Of a DNA stretch of 64,000 nt, positions 1 to 9,475 are shown one piece after another. Below the pieces are notes generated by a model. That model made no database searches, was not told the origin of the DNA, and worked only from the letters and a program-made list of their open reading frames with translations. The position numbers and the translations under genes are program-made. Origin of the DNA: a virus; IMG/VR virus record IMGVR_UViG_3300031132_000002, one strand, 5' to 3'. The stretch's first letter is position 1. The number at the start of each line of letters is the position of its first letter.

Positions 1-658
1 AAGGAGCCAAGGATACAGCGTGACCGTCATAGGCTTGCATATAGCTGTCAAGAGAACGATGATGCTCATATTTAGCGTAAGGCAGAATGTTCTTAGATAT
101 ATCCATCCACTCCTGCTTCGCCACAGGCTCTGAGGCGTCTGTCTTGTAGCCACAAACGGTAAGTCTGTCGCCCAGATCAGGGAGTTCCCTCAGATCATTC
201 TTGTGCGTCTCACTACCCGCCCAAACAAAGTAGGACTTGGATTTTTTATCCTCGGATAGTGTAAACCCTTTCTCATCAAAAGGCAAGCCATTTGGAACAA
301 TAAATACGTTCTTATTGTACTGAGACAATTCTTCTGCCAGACGACTAGTGGTTGTTAGCACAACATCACTATTCTGCAAACACCAGATCAGCTCTGCACG
401 GATGCCGGAGTTAAAGACAGGCCACAGTACGTGGTCAATAGGGAGGTCAAGGCTGTCATCAAGATCCATTACAATCTTGAAACCTGCTTCTCTCAGTTTA
501 GTAATGCCTTCTCTACCGTGTGTTGGTAGACCATTAAAGACATAGATATCCGATTTAGTGGTGAAGTTATCACCTGTAAGGTAGGGCAAATAGATACGAT
601 GGTAGTCGCATACACTGAGTTCAGCAGCGCCGCGATCATCAACTAAAATCTTAGGCAT
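1..658 (-). CDS. Glycosyltransferase (GT-B/GT4-like), runs off window edge; paralog of 686..1696
   Basis: Own translation from ATG 658 (SD GAGGAG): MPKILVDD..CDYHRI..KIVMDLDD..VWAGSETHKNDL..YMQAYDGHAVSLAP, colinear with the neighbouring gene. Confidence 0.8.
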   Translation of the reverse strand, partial: MPKILVDDRGAAELSVCDYHRIYLPYLTGDNFTTKSDIYVFNGLPTHGREGITKLREAGFKIVMDLDDSLDLPIDHVLWPVFNSGIRAELIWCLQNSDVVLTTTSRLAEELSQYNKNVFIVPNGLPFDEKGFTLSEDKKSKSYFVWAGSETHKNDLRELPDLGDRLTVCGYKTDASEPVAKQEWMDISKNILPYAKYEHHRSLDSYMQAYDGHAVSLAP

Positions 659-670
659 TTTTCTCCTCTT

Positions 671-690
671 AAAGGGCCGAAGCCCTTATT
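671..690. terminator. Intrinsic terminator hairpin (CUUCGG loop on minus strand)
   Basis: AAGGGC-CGAA-GCCCTT flanked by A/T runs between two genes. Confidence 0.65.
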
Positions 691-1696
691 TTAAACTCTC
701 ATATACCTGGCGTCTAAGTTCATTAGCATCATCCAGTGAGTAATGTAATCTAACGTGCTCTGCCAATGCAGCACCACGATCTTCGCAGTAGGAAGGATTA
801 TTAAGGTAACGATTCAACTCCTGTTCCCACTCCCAAGTTTTGCTTGCGTAATCAACGAAAGGTTCATCAATGGGATTGAAATATGGTAATACTCGGGAAC
901 AAATAATTGGTAATCCTTTTGCACCTGCTTCTAAGATCTTTAAGTTAGATTTACAGCTATTAAACTTATTATCCATTAAAGGGGCAATAGCTAAGCGGTG
1001 TCCATCATAAACCTGCATATAGTTTTTGATATCCGCTACAGCATTCACTAAGTTTACTCCTTCGAAAGAAGCCTTGATCTTTAGCCACTCTTTCGCTGAG
1101 GCTTCCTTGTGAGATCCTATTGCAACTCTATTAATGTCCTCATAGCCAGCTAACGTCAGGAGATTATTATCATCTAATGCCCAAGCTACAGCCTGTAGAT
1201 CTCCTGCGTGAGAAGCTCCACCTGCCCAAACCACCGGAGTACTGGAGGTTTTGTTGAGGCTTAGAGTAAACTGACTCTTATCGAAAGGCAAGCTATTTCT
1301 AATCACAACAATGTTCTTGTGATAGGGTCTCAACTTCGATGCTAAAACCTCTGTAGTGACCGTCACAACGTCTGCAAGTTTTAGGTATGCAATCGCCTGT
1401 CCTGCAAAGTCTGTTGCTGAGAATGCGTTGTACAGATAATGCGAAGGGTCTAACTCAAAGAAGTCATCCCAATCCACAACAATTTTAACTCCTTGAGCCT
1501 TCATACGCTCCAAGAGATCCAAACCACCTGAGAAGATCCTATTGAACACCAGGATATCCGCTCTAGGACTGAACACAGCCCCGCTATCATATAGAGGCAT
1601 TGTGACACGATGATAATCACAGCTACTGTTCGGTTTCAGATCTAAGAACAGATCAAATTCCTTGGGCTTCTGCGTATGACCAGTAAACTTTTCCAT
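686..1696 (-). CDS. Glycosyltransferase, GT-B/GT4-like
   Basis: DWDD, ADVVTVTT, APLxDNxFNxCKSNLKILEAGAKGLPIICS motif; start moved to ATG 1696 (SD GGAGG). Confidence 0.85.
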   Translation of the reverse strand: MEKFTGHTQKPKEFDLFLDLKPNSSCDYHRVTMPLYDSGAVFSPRADILVFNRIFSGGLDLLERMKAQGVKIVVDWDDFFELDPSHYLYNAFSATDFAGQAIAYLKLADVVTVTTEVLASKLRPYHKNIVVIRNSLPFDKSQFTLSLNKTSSTPVVWAGGASHAGDLQAVAWALDDNNLLTLAGYEDINRVAIGSHKEASAKEWLKIKASFEGVNLVNAVADIKNYMQVYDGHRLAIAPLMDNKFNSCKSNLKILEAGAKGLPIICSRVLPYFNPIDEPFVDYASKTWEWEQELNRYLNNPSYCEDRGAALAEHVRLHYSLDDANELRRQVYESLK

Positions 1697-2333
1697 TTCT
1701 AACGTCCTCCAGCGACTTATGATATTCATCTACATTCTGACCAACACCAAACTCCTTAGCCTCTTTTGTCATATTGATATAAGGCGTAGGATTATTACCA
1801 AAAACATCGTCTGGATGAATGTAAGCCATAACACGAACTGGACAAGGGAATCCGTAGATACCTTGGTTAAGCAACCCTGCTTTCTGCAACTCTTGGATAC
1901 GGTATACATATTCAGTATCTTCGAAGCCGTAAGCATTTGTGAAGCGACGATAGAAGCCAGCCGTCTCTACGAGTTTACGTGAGTACAGTGCAAACTGGAC
2001 GAGACAACGTTCAAAGGCTAGAATTTCTCCACCATTACCGCCGACAATAGGATCTTTAAAATACTCTGGCATTCCGAAGAAGTCCCAGCCTTGCTCTGCC
2101 TGAGAGACAAAGTAATCCTGCCAACCATCCATCGCAGGATGAACATCGTCATCGAAGATAAACCAGTAATCGCAGCCTTCCTCGTAAAACTTATTCATCA
2201 GGAAGTTTCTGCCATAAGCAGCACCCTTCCGCTCTGTATCATTGAATACTTCGAACAGATCACCCTCGCGTAAACGATAATCTGGGAGTGGACGTTTGCC
2301 CACTGTAATTACTCCAATACCAATCTTAGACAT
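1653..2333 (-). CDS. Glycosyltransferase, GT-A/GT2-like
   Basis: GAAYGRN, YWFIFDDD (DxD), YGFEDTEY acceptor motif. Confidence 0.8.
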   Translation of the reverse strand: MSKIGIGVITVGKRPLPDYRLREGDLFEVFNDTERKGAAYGRNFLMNKFYEEGCDYWFIFDDDVHPAMDGWQDYFVSQAEQGWDFFGMPEYFKDPIVGGNGGEILAFERCLVQFALYSRKLVETAGFYRRFTNAYGFEDTEYVYRIQELQKAGLLNQGIYGFPCPVRVMAYIHPDDVFGNNPTPYINMTKEAKEFGVGQNVDEYHKSLEDVRNGKVYWSYAEAQGI

Positions 2334-2913
2334 TTGATTCTCCTGGTGTGTACACTTTGGAGAAGTCTTGGCAATGCATCAGATGGCTAATCGCACGTTG
2401 AGGATCTTCTGCACCTAATCGATATAGGTGGAAAATATAAATACCTCGGGCAATGCCTAGACGCTTTCCTGCCTTCTTTAACTTCTCAGACAAAATAATA
2501 TCAAACTGAATAGATTTCTCTTCAATAGGAAAATCTTTCCATAATGACTTTCTGAACAGCAGGAACATTCCAGCTAACACTTGGTCATCAGGGACTTCTT
2601 CAATTTGAAGTTTGTGTTCTTCGTAGGCTTGAACCGCAAGATCCATATGAAAGAGAATATCTGGGTTCTCGCTACGTCTACGGTCGAATAGTTGATATGT
2701 ACCGCCTAAGCGGTTTGTTGCACATCCGATAAGGTCAAACTCAGGATTTGATGCGACTAGTTGCTCAATCCAAGCTCCCTGTTGGGGATGAAGAAACATT
2801 GTATCTGTGTCTCTTAAGCAGATCCAAGAGTCATCGGGAAGGCTACTGATTGTCTCGTTGATTGCTTTGCCGATATCCCCTGTATGATAAGGGGTGATGT
2901 GATAGATGCTGAT
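2326..2913 (-). CDS. Glycosyltransferase, GT-A/GT2-like, apparent ATC start
   Basis: Frame open 38 codons upstream of ATG 2799, adding GKAINETI..WICLRDTD (DxD); LAGMFLLFRK and IFHLYR motifs; SD AGGAGG before ATC 2913. Confidence 0.7.
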   Translation of the reverse strand: MSIYHITPYHTGDIGKAINETISSLPDDSWICLRDTDTMFLHPQQGAWIEQLVASNPEFDLIGCATNRLGGTYQLFDRRRSENPDILFHMDLAVQAYEEHKLQIEEVPDDQVLAGMFLLFRKSLWKDFPIEEKSIQFDIILSEKLKKAGKRLGIARGIYIFHLYRLGAEDPQRAISHLMHCQDFSKVYTPGESNV

Positions 2914-3008
2914 AACGTCCTCCTACAAAAATGTGGAGAGGTTTTCTCTCCACTTCTTAATACTACCACCAAAAGTGTTTGATGGGAAATCGGTTTTACC
3001 TATCAATC

Positions 3009-3182
3009 TTAAGAGCGGGACTTAATCTCCGATAATACATTGATAAGTAACATCCTTTCATCTTCGAGCGCTGCTCCTAGTTCACGAACGTTATCTGTTG
3101 CAACGTCACGAAGTTTAATCAGCTTATCTGTACTGATAGTGCTGAGGTCATCCCAGCGGTCAACTACCTTACCATCCTTCAT
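3009..3182 (-). CDS. Hypothetical 57-aa protein
   Basis: Own translation MKDGKVVDRWDDL...; fits operon packing. Confidence 0.5.
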   Translation of the reverse strand: MKDGKVVDRWDDLSTISTDKLIKLRDVATDNVRELGAALEDERMLLINVLSEIKSRS

Positions 3183-3387
3183 CTTCTACAGCCCCCGCTA
3201 CTTTGATTGCACATTCTTTACACAAACCCTGAGAGCTATTCTTTTCAAAACTGATAAACGGATCATAAGGTTGTTTCCGGCTATCGTGAATAGTGTCTTT
3301 CAGGCAGTTTGCGCACAGGTATTTTTTAACTGTGAACTTTTCAATCTTCTTTTTACGATTGAAGTCTACCTTAATTACGTCACCCAT
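3169..3387 (-). CDS. Small Zn-binding protein
   Basis: CANC and CKEC pairs; TAATG coupling to upstream gene. Confidence 0.6.
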   Translation of the reverse strand: MGDVIKVDFNRKKKIEKFTVKKYLCANCLKDTIHDSRKQPYDPFISFEKNSSQGLCKECAIKVAGAVEDEGW

Positions 3388-3674
3388 TAATGTACCTCCC
3401 GATAAATAGCTGGTTGTGCGGCTGTGATGCCGGTATGCATTGCCTCTTTGTTCTCTGTGTAGAGTAACCAATACTCACGACAGACGACTAAAGACAACAT
3501 CAGATATTCTTCGTGGTCAATATATTCAATCTTCCACAGAATGTCTTCATCTTCCAGCTTTACACCGAAAACAGGAAGCATACGCTCCAGGTTACAACGA
3601 GATTGGAACACTTCTTCTTCTGTCATCCCATTAATCAGCACGTTTGCCACTACAGTAGTATTATCGCGTTCCAT
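3387..3674 (-). CDS. Hypothetical protein
   Basis: ORF with SD AGGAG. Confidence 0.6.
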   Translation of the reverse strand: MERDNTTVVANVLINGMTEEEVFQSRCNLERMLPVFGVKLEDEDILWKIEYIDHEEYLMLSLVVCREYWLLYTENKEAMHTGITAAQPAIYREVH

Positions 3675-3684
3675 TTTATATCTC

Positions 3685-4164
3685 CTATTTGTAAAATTGA
3701 TGTTCTTTGTATCTGTAGACCAACACCATATCACGTTGCCAAGCTGTTCTTACAGTTCTTTTCTTAAAGTGTGTAGCGCCTTTCGTAGGATCTGCTGCCT
3801 TTCTGACCTCGGGAAAGTTTGCATCTAAGTATAACAGCTTCTTTGCTATCACCTTAGCATCTTCCCAACTCTTTTTGTCGTAGGCTCGGAAAGAACCTGC
3901 TCCAGTATACGAGAATTGTCCTCTTTGGTACAGCACTCCTTTCACACTACTAGGGTATCCAGAATCATCGGTGCGATTGATAACCACATTACCAACAGCA
4001 ACCATTCCTTTCTTACCCTGACCTCGACTCTCAGCATACATTGCACAGGCTAATAAGTCAACCTTCGCATCATTCCTTGTACACTTATGCGAGACTGAGG
4101 TTTTTGCATCAACACTTGGAGATACTACAGCAAGAGTTAACGCAAGTAAAGGTGCAACTAACAT
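3685..4164 (-). CDS. SleB/CwlJ-type cell wall hydrolase (Hydrolase_2) with signal peptide
   Basis: LLACAMYAESRG, AVGNVVINR, VLYQRGQFS, DPTKGATHF, HQFY; hydrophobic N-terminus. Confidence 0.92.
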   Translation of the reverse strand: MLVAPLLALTLAVVSPSVDAKTSVSHKCTRNDAKVDLLACAMYAESRGQGKKGMVAVGNVVINRTDDSGYPSSVKGVLYQRGQFSYTGAGSFRAYDKKSWEDAKVIAKKLLYLDANFPEVRKAADPTKGATHFKKRTVRTAWQRDMVLVYRYKEHQFYK

Positions 4165-4250
4165 CTTTTTCTCTCCTTTCAGGGGGTTAAGTAGCAAACT
4201 TGCCTCCTCTATTTCGAGAGTGTACTTTAACACTAACGACTACATAAAGA

Positions 4251-4270
4251 AAGAGGGCCGAAGCCCTCTC
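4251..4270 (-). terminator. Intrinsic terminator after terD
   Basis: GAGGGC-UUCG-GCCCUC followed by UUUCUUU on minus strand. Confidence 0.75.
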
Positions 4271-4277
4271 TTAAATC

Positions 4278-4877
4278 TTACTCAAACCACTCTGGGTCAG
4301 CACCGAAGGCTGTGAATGCATCTAGAATGCTACCGCTCTTACCTGCGCCAACACCTACGATATCCCAGCCACCTGCATCAGAACGTTTCAGAGAGGCTAC
4401 GTGGATGATGCTACGACCAGCGTGTTCTTTCTCCAAGAAGTTGAAGTCCAGTACAGTTTCGTTGGTCTCCATATTAACCAGTTCCAGCAGACCTGATGTT
4501 GCATTACCGAAGGTCAGGCTGTCTGAGTCATCGTCGATGGTCAGAACAAATGGGATCTCAGTGACGTCTTCTGGCAGAGTTTCCAGGTTAATATCGATGG
4601 TTTCAAAGTCGCCAGTACCATCACGAACGTCACCACCGTAGAATACAGAGCGGCTCGGGTCAAAGCCATTCGTAGGGGCATAGAACACGATGTGACGAAC
4701 ATCAATAACTTCTGGATAACCTTTAGCGTCATTACGACACAGCAGCGCTGAGCAGTCCAGATCCAGTTTAACATCAGAAGTCCAGTTAAAGCGCATCAGA
4801 ATCTTTTTCAGCAGCGGAGCAACTTTACGCAGTGATACTTTCTCAGAGTTACCTTTTTTCAGTGATACCTTAGCCAT
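4278..4877 (-). CDS. terD: TerD-family stress protein
   Basis: VSLRK N-terminus, LDLDCSA, VFYxGDVRDG, ETIDINLETLP, WDIVGVG. Confidence 0.88.
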   Translation of the reverse strand: MAKVSLKKGNSEKVSLRKVAPLLKKILMRFNWTSDVKLDLDCSALLCRNDAKGYPEVIDVRHIVFYAPTNGFDPSRSVFYGGDVRDGTGDFETIDINLETLPEDVTEIPFVLTIDDDSDSLTFGNATSGLLELVNMETNETVLDFNFLEKEHAGRSIIHVASLKRSDAGGWDIVGVGAGKSGSILDAFTAFGADPEWFE

Positions 4878-4907
4878 TATATTCTCCTTTCTCTTATTCA
4901 GTTAAAA

Positions 4908-5690
4908 TTATTTAGATACAGACTGTACGTTGTGTGCATCGCACCACGACTTGAACTTACCTTTAAGGAGTTCATCATACAGCTTTTCATCCGACATATC
5001 AAGACTTTCTACAGGAATAAAGTCAACATTCGGGAAATCATTTGCCAGACCTCGCAGGCTACGGAAGCTACTATCACCAACGCCAACCATAAACCAGAAC
5101 ACCGGAGTGTTAATGTGACGTGACAGCAGGCTACGAACATAACCATCGTCTGAGTTTTCACCGTCAGTCTGGAACAGTACCATTGCTGGCATCATATTCT
5201 CAGGATCTTCATACGTAGTATGAGTTGTGGAAACTGTCACAGTTTCTTTCTTACCCAGCAGTTTACCAAAGAAACCACCTTTTGCACGTTCTTCTTGAGT
5301 GTGGACAACATTATCACGGCGGGTTTTGCCGAAGTAGCTGTTATAAATATCATCCATCACCGGAGCATATGCAGTACCACCAGAGATGCTAATACCGCGC
5401 ATACAGTTACCAACGTAGTCGTCGTATACCGCAGCAGTCGCAGAAGGCAGTTCACGGAAGCCGTGGTCAAATGCCCACATATCGATCTCTTCGTTATCGT
5501 CAAACTGAATACCAAATGGCAGCAGTTTACCAACAAACTCGCTCATTACACCATTACGGTAGTAACTGTTCATACTACCTGAGATATCCAGTGCAGCAGC
5601 AACGCGGAGCATCAGACGATCACCCAGGCCAGCTTTTTTCAGGGAAACTTTCAGAGTTTCACTACGTTTCTTAAGGGATACTTTAGACAT
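4908..5690 (-). CDS. vWA domain protein (TerF-associated type)
   Basis: MIDAS LDISGSM, GGTAYAP, FQTDGEN, FWFMVGVG. Confidence 0.88.
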   Translation of the reverse strand: MSKVSLKKRSETLKVSLKKAGLGDRLMLRVAAALDISGSMNSYYRNGVMSEFVGKLLPFGIQFDDNEEIDMWAFDHGFRELPSATAAVYDDYVGNCMRGISISGGTAYAPVMDDIYNSYFGKTRRDNVVHTQEERAKGGFFGKLLGKKETVTVSTTHTTYEDPENMMPAMVLFQTDGENSDDGYVRSLLSRHINTPVFWFMVGVGDSSFRSLRGLANDFPNVDFIPVESLDMSDEKLYDELLKGKFKSWCDAHNVQSVSK

Positions 5691-5770
5691 TTTCTACCTC
5701 CAATGTTAGTTTATTTTCTAGTAGGTATTCTAGCAAACTTATCGCTGAATTCCAAGCTGTTTTACAATAT

Positions 5771-5971
5771 TTATTTTCCATACTTTAGCGCATTTACTTT
5801 CAATTGTACTGCGTCTTGTATCTGTTCCTTCATCTTCAAACCCTTTTCAGCGCATAGAGATTTAAATTCTCGATAAAGATCAATGTCAATTTCTGCACTA
5901 ATTTTGAACAAATCCTTTTCAGCTAAACCTTTAGCTGTAATTGGATGAGTACTGTCTTTCTTCTGTGTCAC
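5771..5971 (-). CDS. Small ribbon-helix-helix-like DNA-binding protein
   Basis: Strand-helix-helix pattern ISAEID-DLYREFKSLC-MKEQIQDAV. Confidence 0.5.
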   Translation of the reverse strand: MTQKKDSTHPITAKGLAEKDLFKISAEIDIDLYREFKSLCAEKGLKMKEQIQDAVQLKVNALKYGK

Positions 5972-6654
5972 TAGTCTACCTCCAGTAGTTTCGTATCTAA
6001 TTTCAAACCTAAGTGCTCAGCACCAAGTCGTTTTGCCATTGTACTGAGCGTAGATTCTACCTCAATACGAGCATTGCTTACAAGCGATTCCATACTCTCT
6101 TCAAAGCAACCTACCGCAAAAGTGGTATCTGATCTGAATCGACCTAGTGATTGTTGCATAAGAGATCGCAGTTCGTCAAGATCTTTTTTGCCAGCTTTTC
6201 CTTTAAGGATCAACTCTTCAATCTGAGCCAATACTTTCTCCCCACGCTCCAGAGTTTCAGCAAGTTTGCGATCATATTCACGCTTAGCTTTGTTTTTAGC
6301 TGTATCTTGCTTACCAATACCAGGCAAGACCGTAAGATCTCCGTCACGGAAGTATTTGAAGGTCACAGGAGTAGGACTTCCCATACTGCTGCTAACCAAA
6401 CTAGCCCACTGAGCGTGAGTTAGTTCCACTTCTAAGATGCGACCGCGTTCGTGATACCAACTGCTACTAAGGTTACGATCTTCTTCTGCTAAACAGAAGG
6501 TTAGGCAGACACGTTCATTATGAACCAGATCACTACCAAACATCTTCAAATTACCACCAGAAGGATGTGTTACCCGCACCAGCCCGTAGGCTGGATGCGT
6601 GATTGTATAGTTTTCTGCTGTCCCTGTAATTACCGGATCAACATCATTCCGCAT
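5971..6654 (-). CDS. Hypothetical protein
   Basis: 227-aa ORF, helical C-terminus. Confidence 0.7.
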   Translation of the reverse strand: MRNDVDPVITGTAENYTITHPAYGLVRVTHPSGGNLKMFGSDLVHNERVCLTFCLAEEDRNLSSSWYHERGRILEVELTHAQWASLVSSSMGSPTPVTFKYFRDGDLTVLPGIGKQDTAKNKAKREYDRKLAETLERGEKVLAQIEELILKGKAGKKDLDELRSLMQQSLGRFRSDTTFAVGCFEESMESLVSNARIEVESTLSTMAKRLGAEHLGLKLDTKLLEVD

Positions 6655-6907
6655 CTTTCACCTCGTAATCTAAGTGAAGAATCAGTTCGCCCTTAGGCAG
6701 AATGCCAGCCGGAGTACCAGCTAATTGCTCACGACATTCCAACAAGGTTTCCACAATGTTAACCTGCATCCCAGGATTATCTAGAGGCAATGTAGAGATG
6801 GCCTTTAGCACCATAACACCTACAGGATAAACGCTCTCTTTCTCTACTGAGTATTCAATCTGAAACAGTTCTGTTTCGGGGATAGAGAAGATCTTGATGT
6901 ATTCCAT
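6644..6907 (-). CDS. Hypothetical protein
   Basis: ORF with SD, operon packing. Confidence 0.6.
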   Translation of the reverse strand: MEYIKIFSIPETELFQIEYSVEKESVYPVGVMVLKAISTLPLDNPGMQVNIVETLLECREQLAGTPAGILPKGELILHLDYEVKDAE

Positions 6908-6908
6908 A

Positions 6909-8021
6909 TTAAGCTCCTTTGTTTACAATACCAGTACGGATTGTCTGAACAATACCATCTTCAAGTTCGCCTACACGGGTAATGTATTCGATACGTTCTT
7001 GACGAGCATTGTTATTAATTTCATTAATCGCTTCCAGATCTTTAAGCAGTGTTGCCTGCTCACGTTCCAGAGTTTCGATGCTCAACACCTGACGGTTAGC
7101 CAGACGTGCTGCTTCTACGCGGTTTGCAGAAGCTAGTTCACCACCCAATGCGATAGCATTGTTGAACTCATCAATCGTGTTGTTAAGCGCTTCTGCTGCT
7201 TTTTTCTGACGCATACTGTGAACATATGCAGAGAATGCTGCGGTATATGCTGGAATAACGTTTGTCAGTACGTTATTACTTGCACGGATAAGCTGACGAC
7301 CAACTTCCTCCATACCTTTAACACGTTGACCAAACTGAATCATCAACAGACGAAGTGCTGCGAGGTCATTGATTCGAGTTTCAATCAGATCCATTGTAGC
7401 ACGTTTATCTGAACGAGCCTCAACTTCTTCCTCAGGAATACCATCAAAGGTCTCCTGCTCACGAGCAAGATTTGCAGAGAGAAGTTCAATATCACGATTC
7501 AAAGCCAGTGCATAGTGTCCTGCCTGCTCACGCAGATTACGCAGTTGATGCTGACCGTCTTTCTCGCGTTTCAGATCTTCATTAAGCTCATTCACCAGAA
7601 CGTTGATACGACCATCGATTGTATCAAACTGCTCAAAGATATCTTCTTTGATACCGAGAACACGCTTCCACAGTTTCTTGAGTCCAGTAGAATTCTTCAT
7701 ACTGTTTGGATCAAGTTGTTTAGTCTCTTTCACCAAGGCATTCAGGCGATTAGAGAGTTCATCACCGTTATTCGCACGTTGATGTTTTAATACCTGGGAT
7801 GCTACGGTTTTAATCTGCTGACCTGCGGCTGCACCAGTAGACTGAATATCATCCTCAGACATTACAGCCGGAAGCGTAGTTTGCTTAGCCGTCACTGCTG
7901 GAGCAAATACCGGACTTTCTGCTAAAGGGTTATTCAGTGCTGACTTAACTTCCTTCTCTACTGTTGCCATTGGGCTACGAGAGCGCGAAGCGGTTGATGC
8001 TTTCAGGAACGGACTAGTCAT
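6909..8021 (-). CDS. telA: TelA-like toxic anion resistance protein
   Basis: 370-aa coiled coil with LDPN, RINDL, VIP, A..NRQVLSIETL features; next to TerD/vWA. Confidence 0.8.
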   Translation of the reverse strand: MTSPFLKASTASRSRSPMATVEKEVKSALNNPLAESPVFAPAVTAKQTTLPAVMSEDDIQSTGAAAGQQIKTVASQVLKHQRANNGDELSNRLNALVKETKQLDPNSMKNSTGLKKLWKRVLGIKEDIFEQFDTIDGRINVLVNELNEDLKREKDGQHQLRNLREQAGHYALALNRDIELLSANLAREQETFDGIPEEEVEARSDKRATMDLIETRINDLAALRLLMIQFGQRVKGMEEVGRQLIRASNNVLTNVIPAYTAAFSAYVHSMRQKKAAEALNNTIDEFNNAIALGGELASANRVEAARLANRQVLSIETLEREQATLLKDLEAINEINNNARQERIEYITRVGELEDGIVQTIRTGIVNKGA

Positions 8022-8031
8022 TATGTTCTCC

Positions 8032-8616
8032 TTAATTAAAGATGTATTCGGCAGTTAAGATATCACGAGAATGCCCGTGTGTAAACTCTTTTGCTGTCTC
8101 TTCGTCGAAATAAATCACAGACGAGTAACCTGTTTTAGCATCGGATACAACAATAGCAGAAAGGCTGGAACGTTCGATGCGAACATTCTTCTGCACAACA
8201 ACATCATCGACACCGATCTGACCTTTAGCTTCCAAGGCAATAAGAACTGAGTCTTGGGTGATATGCATAGCTATAGGGTTCTTGATCACATACTTTTCAC
8301 CAAGAACATAGCGAATCTCCAGCTTAGAAACAGCTTTAGGTGTTTTCTTAGCTCCCTTTTTACGTGCAGTTTTAACCTTTTTAGGTTTATCTTCTACGAA
8401 GTATCGCTCGGCAATAGTAATACCACCGAAAGGCCAGCGCCCAGGGATCTCCCGCTGAGTACTTTCACCACCTTCATAACCAGCGATGTATTGGTATTTT
8501 TCTCCATTGCTCCATACTCGCAGTGAACTTAACATCCGATCACTTTCCAGCACTTTTGTTGCCCACTTTGGAGCGCCTTTAAACAGTTCTGGCTTTCCTG
8601 TAATAATAGATCCCAT
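8032..8616 (-). CDS. Hypothetical protein, modular paralog family
   Basis: Lys-rich linker then LEIRYVLGEKY domain shared with 14643, 15501, 61388. Confidence 0.65.
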   Translation of the reverse strand: MGSIITGKPELFKGAPKWATKVLESDRMLSSLRVWSNGEKYQYIAGYEGGESTQREIPGRWPFGGITIAERYFVEDKPKKVKTARKKGAKKTPKAVSKLEIRYVLGEKYVIKNPIAMHITQDSVLIALEAKGQIGVDDVVVQKNVRIERSSLSAIVVSDAKTGYSSVIYFDEETAKEFTHGHSRDILTAEYIFN

Positions 8617-8617
8617 A

Positions 8618-9196
8618 TTAATTCTCCTCTCTATAAGGTGATTGACCGAGTATTTGACAGATTGTAACCCATTTTTCCCAAGTATACAACCAAACTTTAC
8701 CCATACTCTCTTCTTTCTTTCCCTTCATAAACGTATCAGCCATAACTGAGTTGGGTTTATAATGAGCAGGCTTTCGATGATAGCCCTTAAGCATTTTAAC
8801 GCTACGATCACTCTCTCGATAAGCACATACAAATTTGTATTGAACCTTCACCGCACGTTTAGAAGCAGATTTAGCAATGGCTCCTAATTGTTCTGCGATT
8901 GCTTTCCATTGAGGGCCGTGGTCAGATACGCCACGTTGACAGAAATCAATAGCGTGGGCTATTTCGTGCCACATAGTATCAAGGATAGCTTCGTCTTGGC
9001 TATTCTTATGCAGAAACTTGTTGATTGCAACAATCCGCTCTTTGTGATTGCACCATCCAAAACTATTGTTTCTTCTTTCACGAACACAAGCCTTGTATCC
9101 GTGACGCTTAAGTAGTGAGTGATACTCGGGGAAGTTATCCTTTAACTCAGTCATAACTCCTGCCCATAACATCATTATTTCTTGAATAGATTTCAT
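8618..9196 (-). CDS. SprT-like zinc metalloprotease
   Basis: FGWC, DTMWHEIAHA (HExxH), HGPQWK. Confidence 0.85.
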   Translation of the reverse strand: MKSIQEIMMLWAGVMTELKDNFPEYHSLLKRHGYKACVRERRNNSFGWCNHKERIVAINKFLHKNSQDEAILDTMWHEIAHAIDFCQRGVSDHGPQWKAIAEQLGAIAKSASKRAVKVQYKFVCAYRESDRSVKMLKGYHRKPAHYKPNSVMADTFMKGKKEESMGKVWLYTWEKWVTICQILGQSPYREEN

Positions 9197-9220
9197 ACTT
9201 CCTCCGGTTTCTCTTAACAA

Positions 9221-9254
9221 GAGAGATCTTATGACCTCTCTGAGTAAAAGTCAA
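9221..9254 (-). promoter_or_regulatory. Sigma70-like promoter with -10 inside a hairpin
   Basis: TTGACT-17-TAAGAT; GAGAGGTC-ATAA-GATCTCTC. Confidence 0.7.
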
Positions 9255-9463
9255 CCTACTTCGTGAATGATTGCCAAACCGATATCTTGAGTAGTCTTAT
9301 GACATACTTGCGTCCTTGAAGTGGATACACCCTTAAAAATGTACGCTTCATTTTTAGTCCCTTTATCTTCGATATCTACCAACTCGAAAATATTTGCATT
9401 TTCTAGTAGAGCTATATCGTCAAAGATAGCCCCCATTATCTGATATTTCTTTCCTACTTTCAC
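9251..9463 (-). CDS. Hypothetical protein
   Basis: GTG start with SD AGGAG. Confidence 0.55.
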   Translation of the reverse strand: MKVGKKYQIMGAIFDDIALLENANIFELVDIEDKGTKNEAYIFKGVSTSRTQVCHKTTQDIGLAIIHEVG

Positions 9464-9475
9464 CTTTATCTCCTA

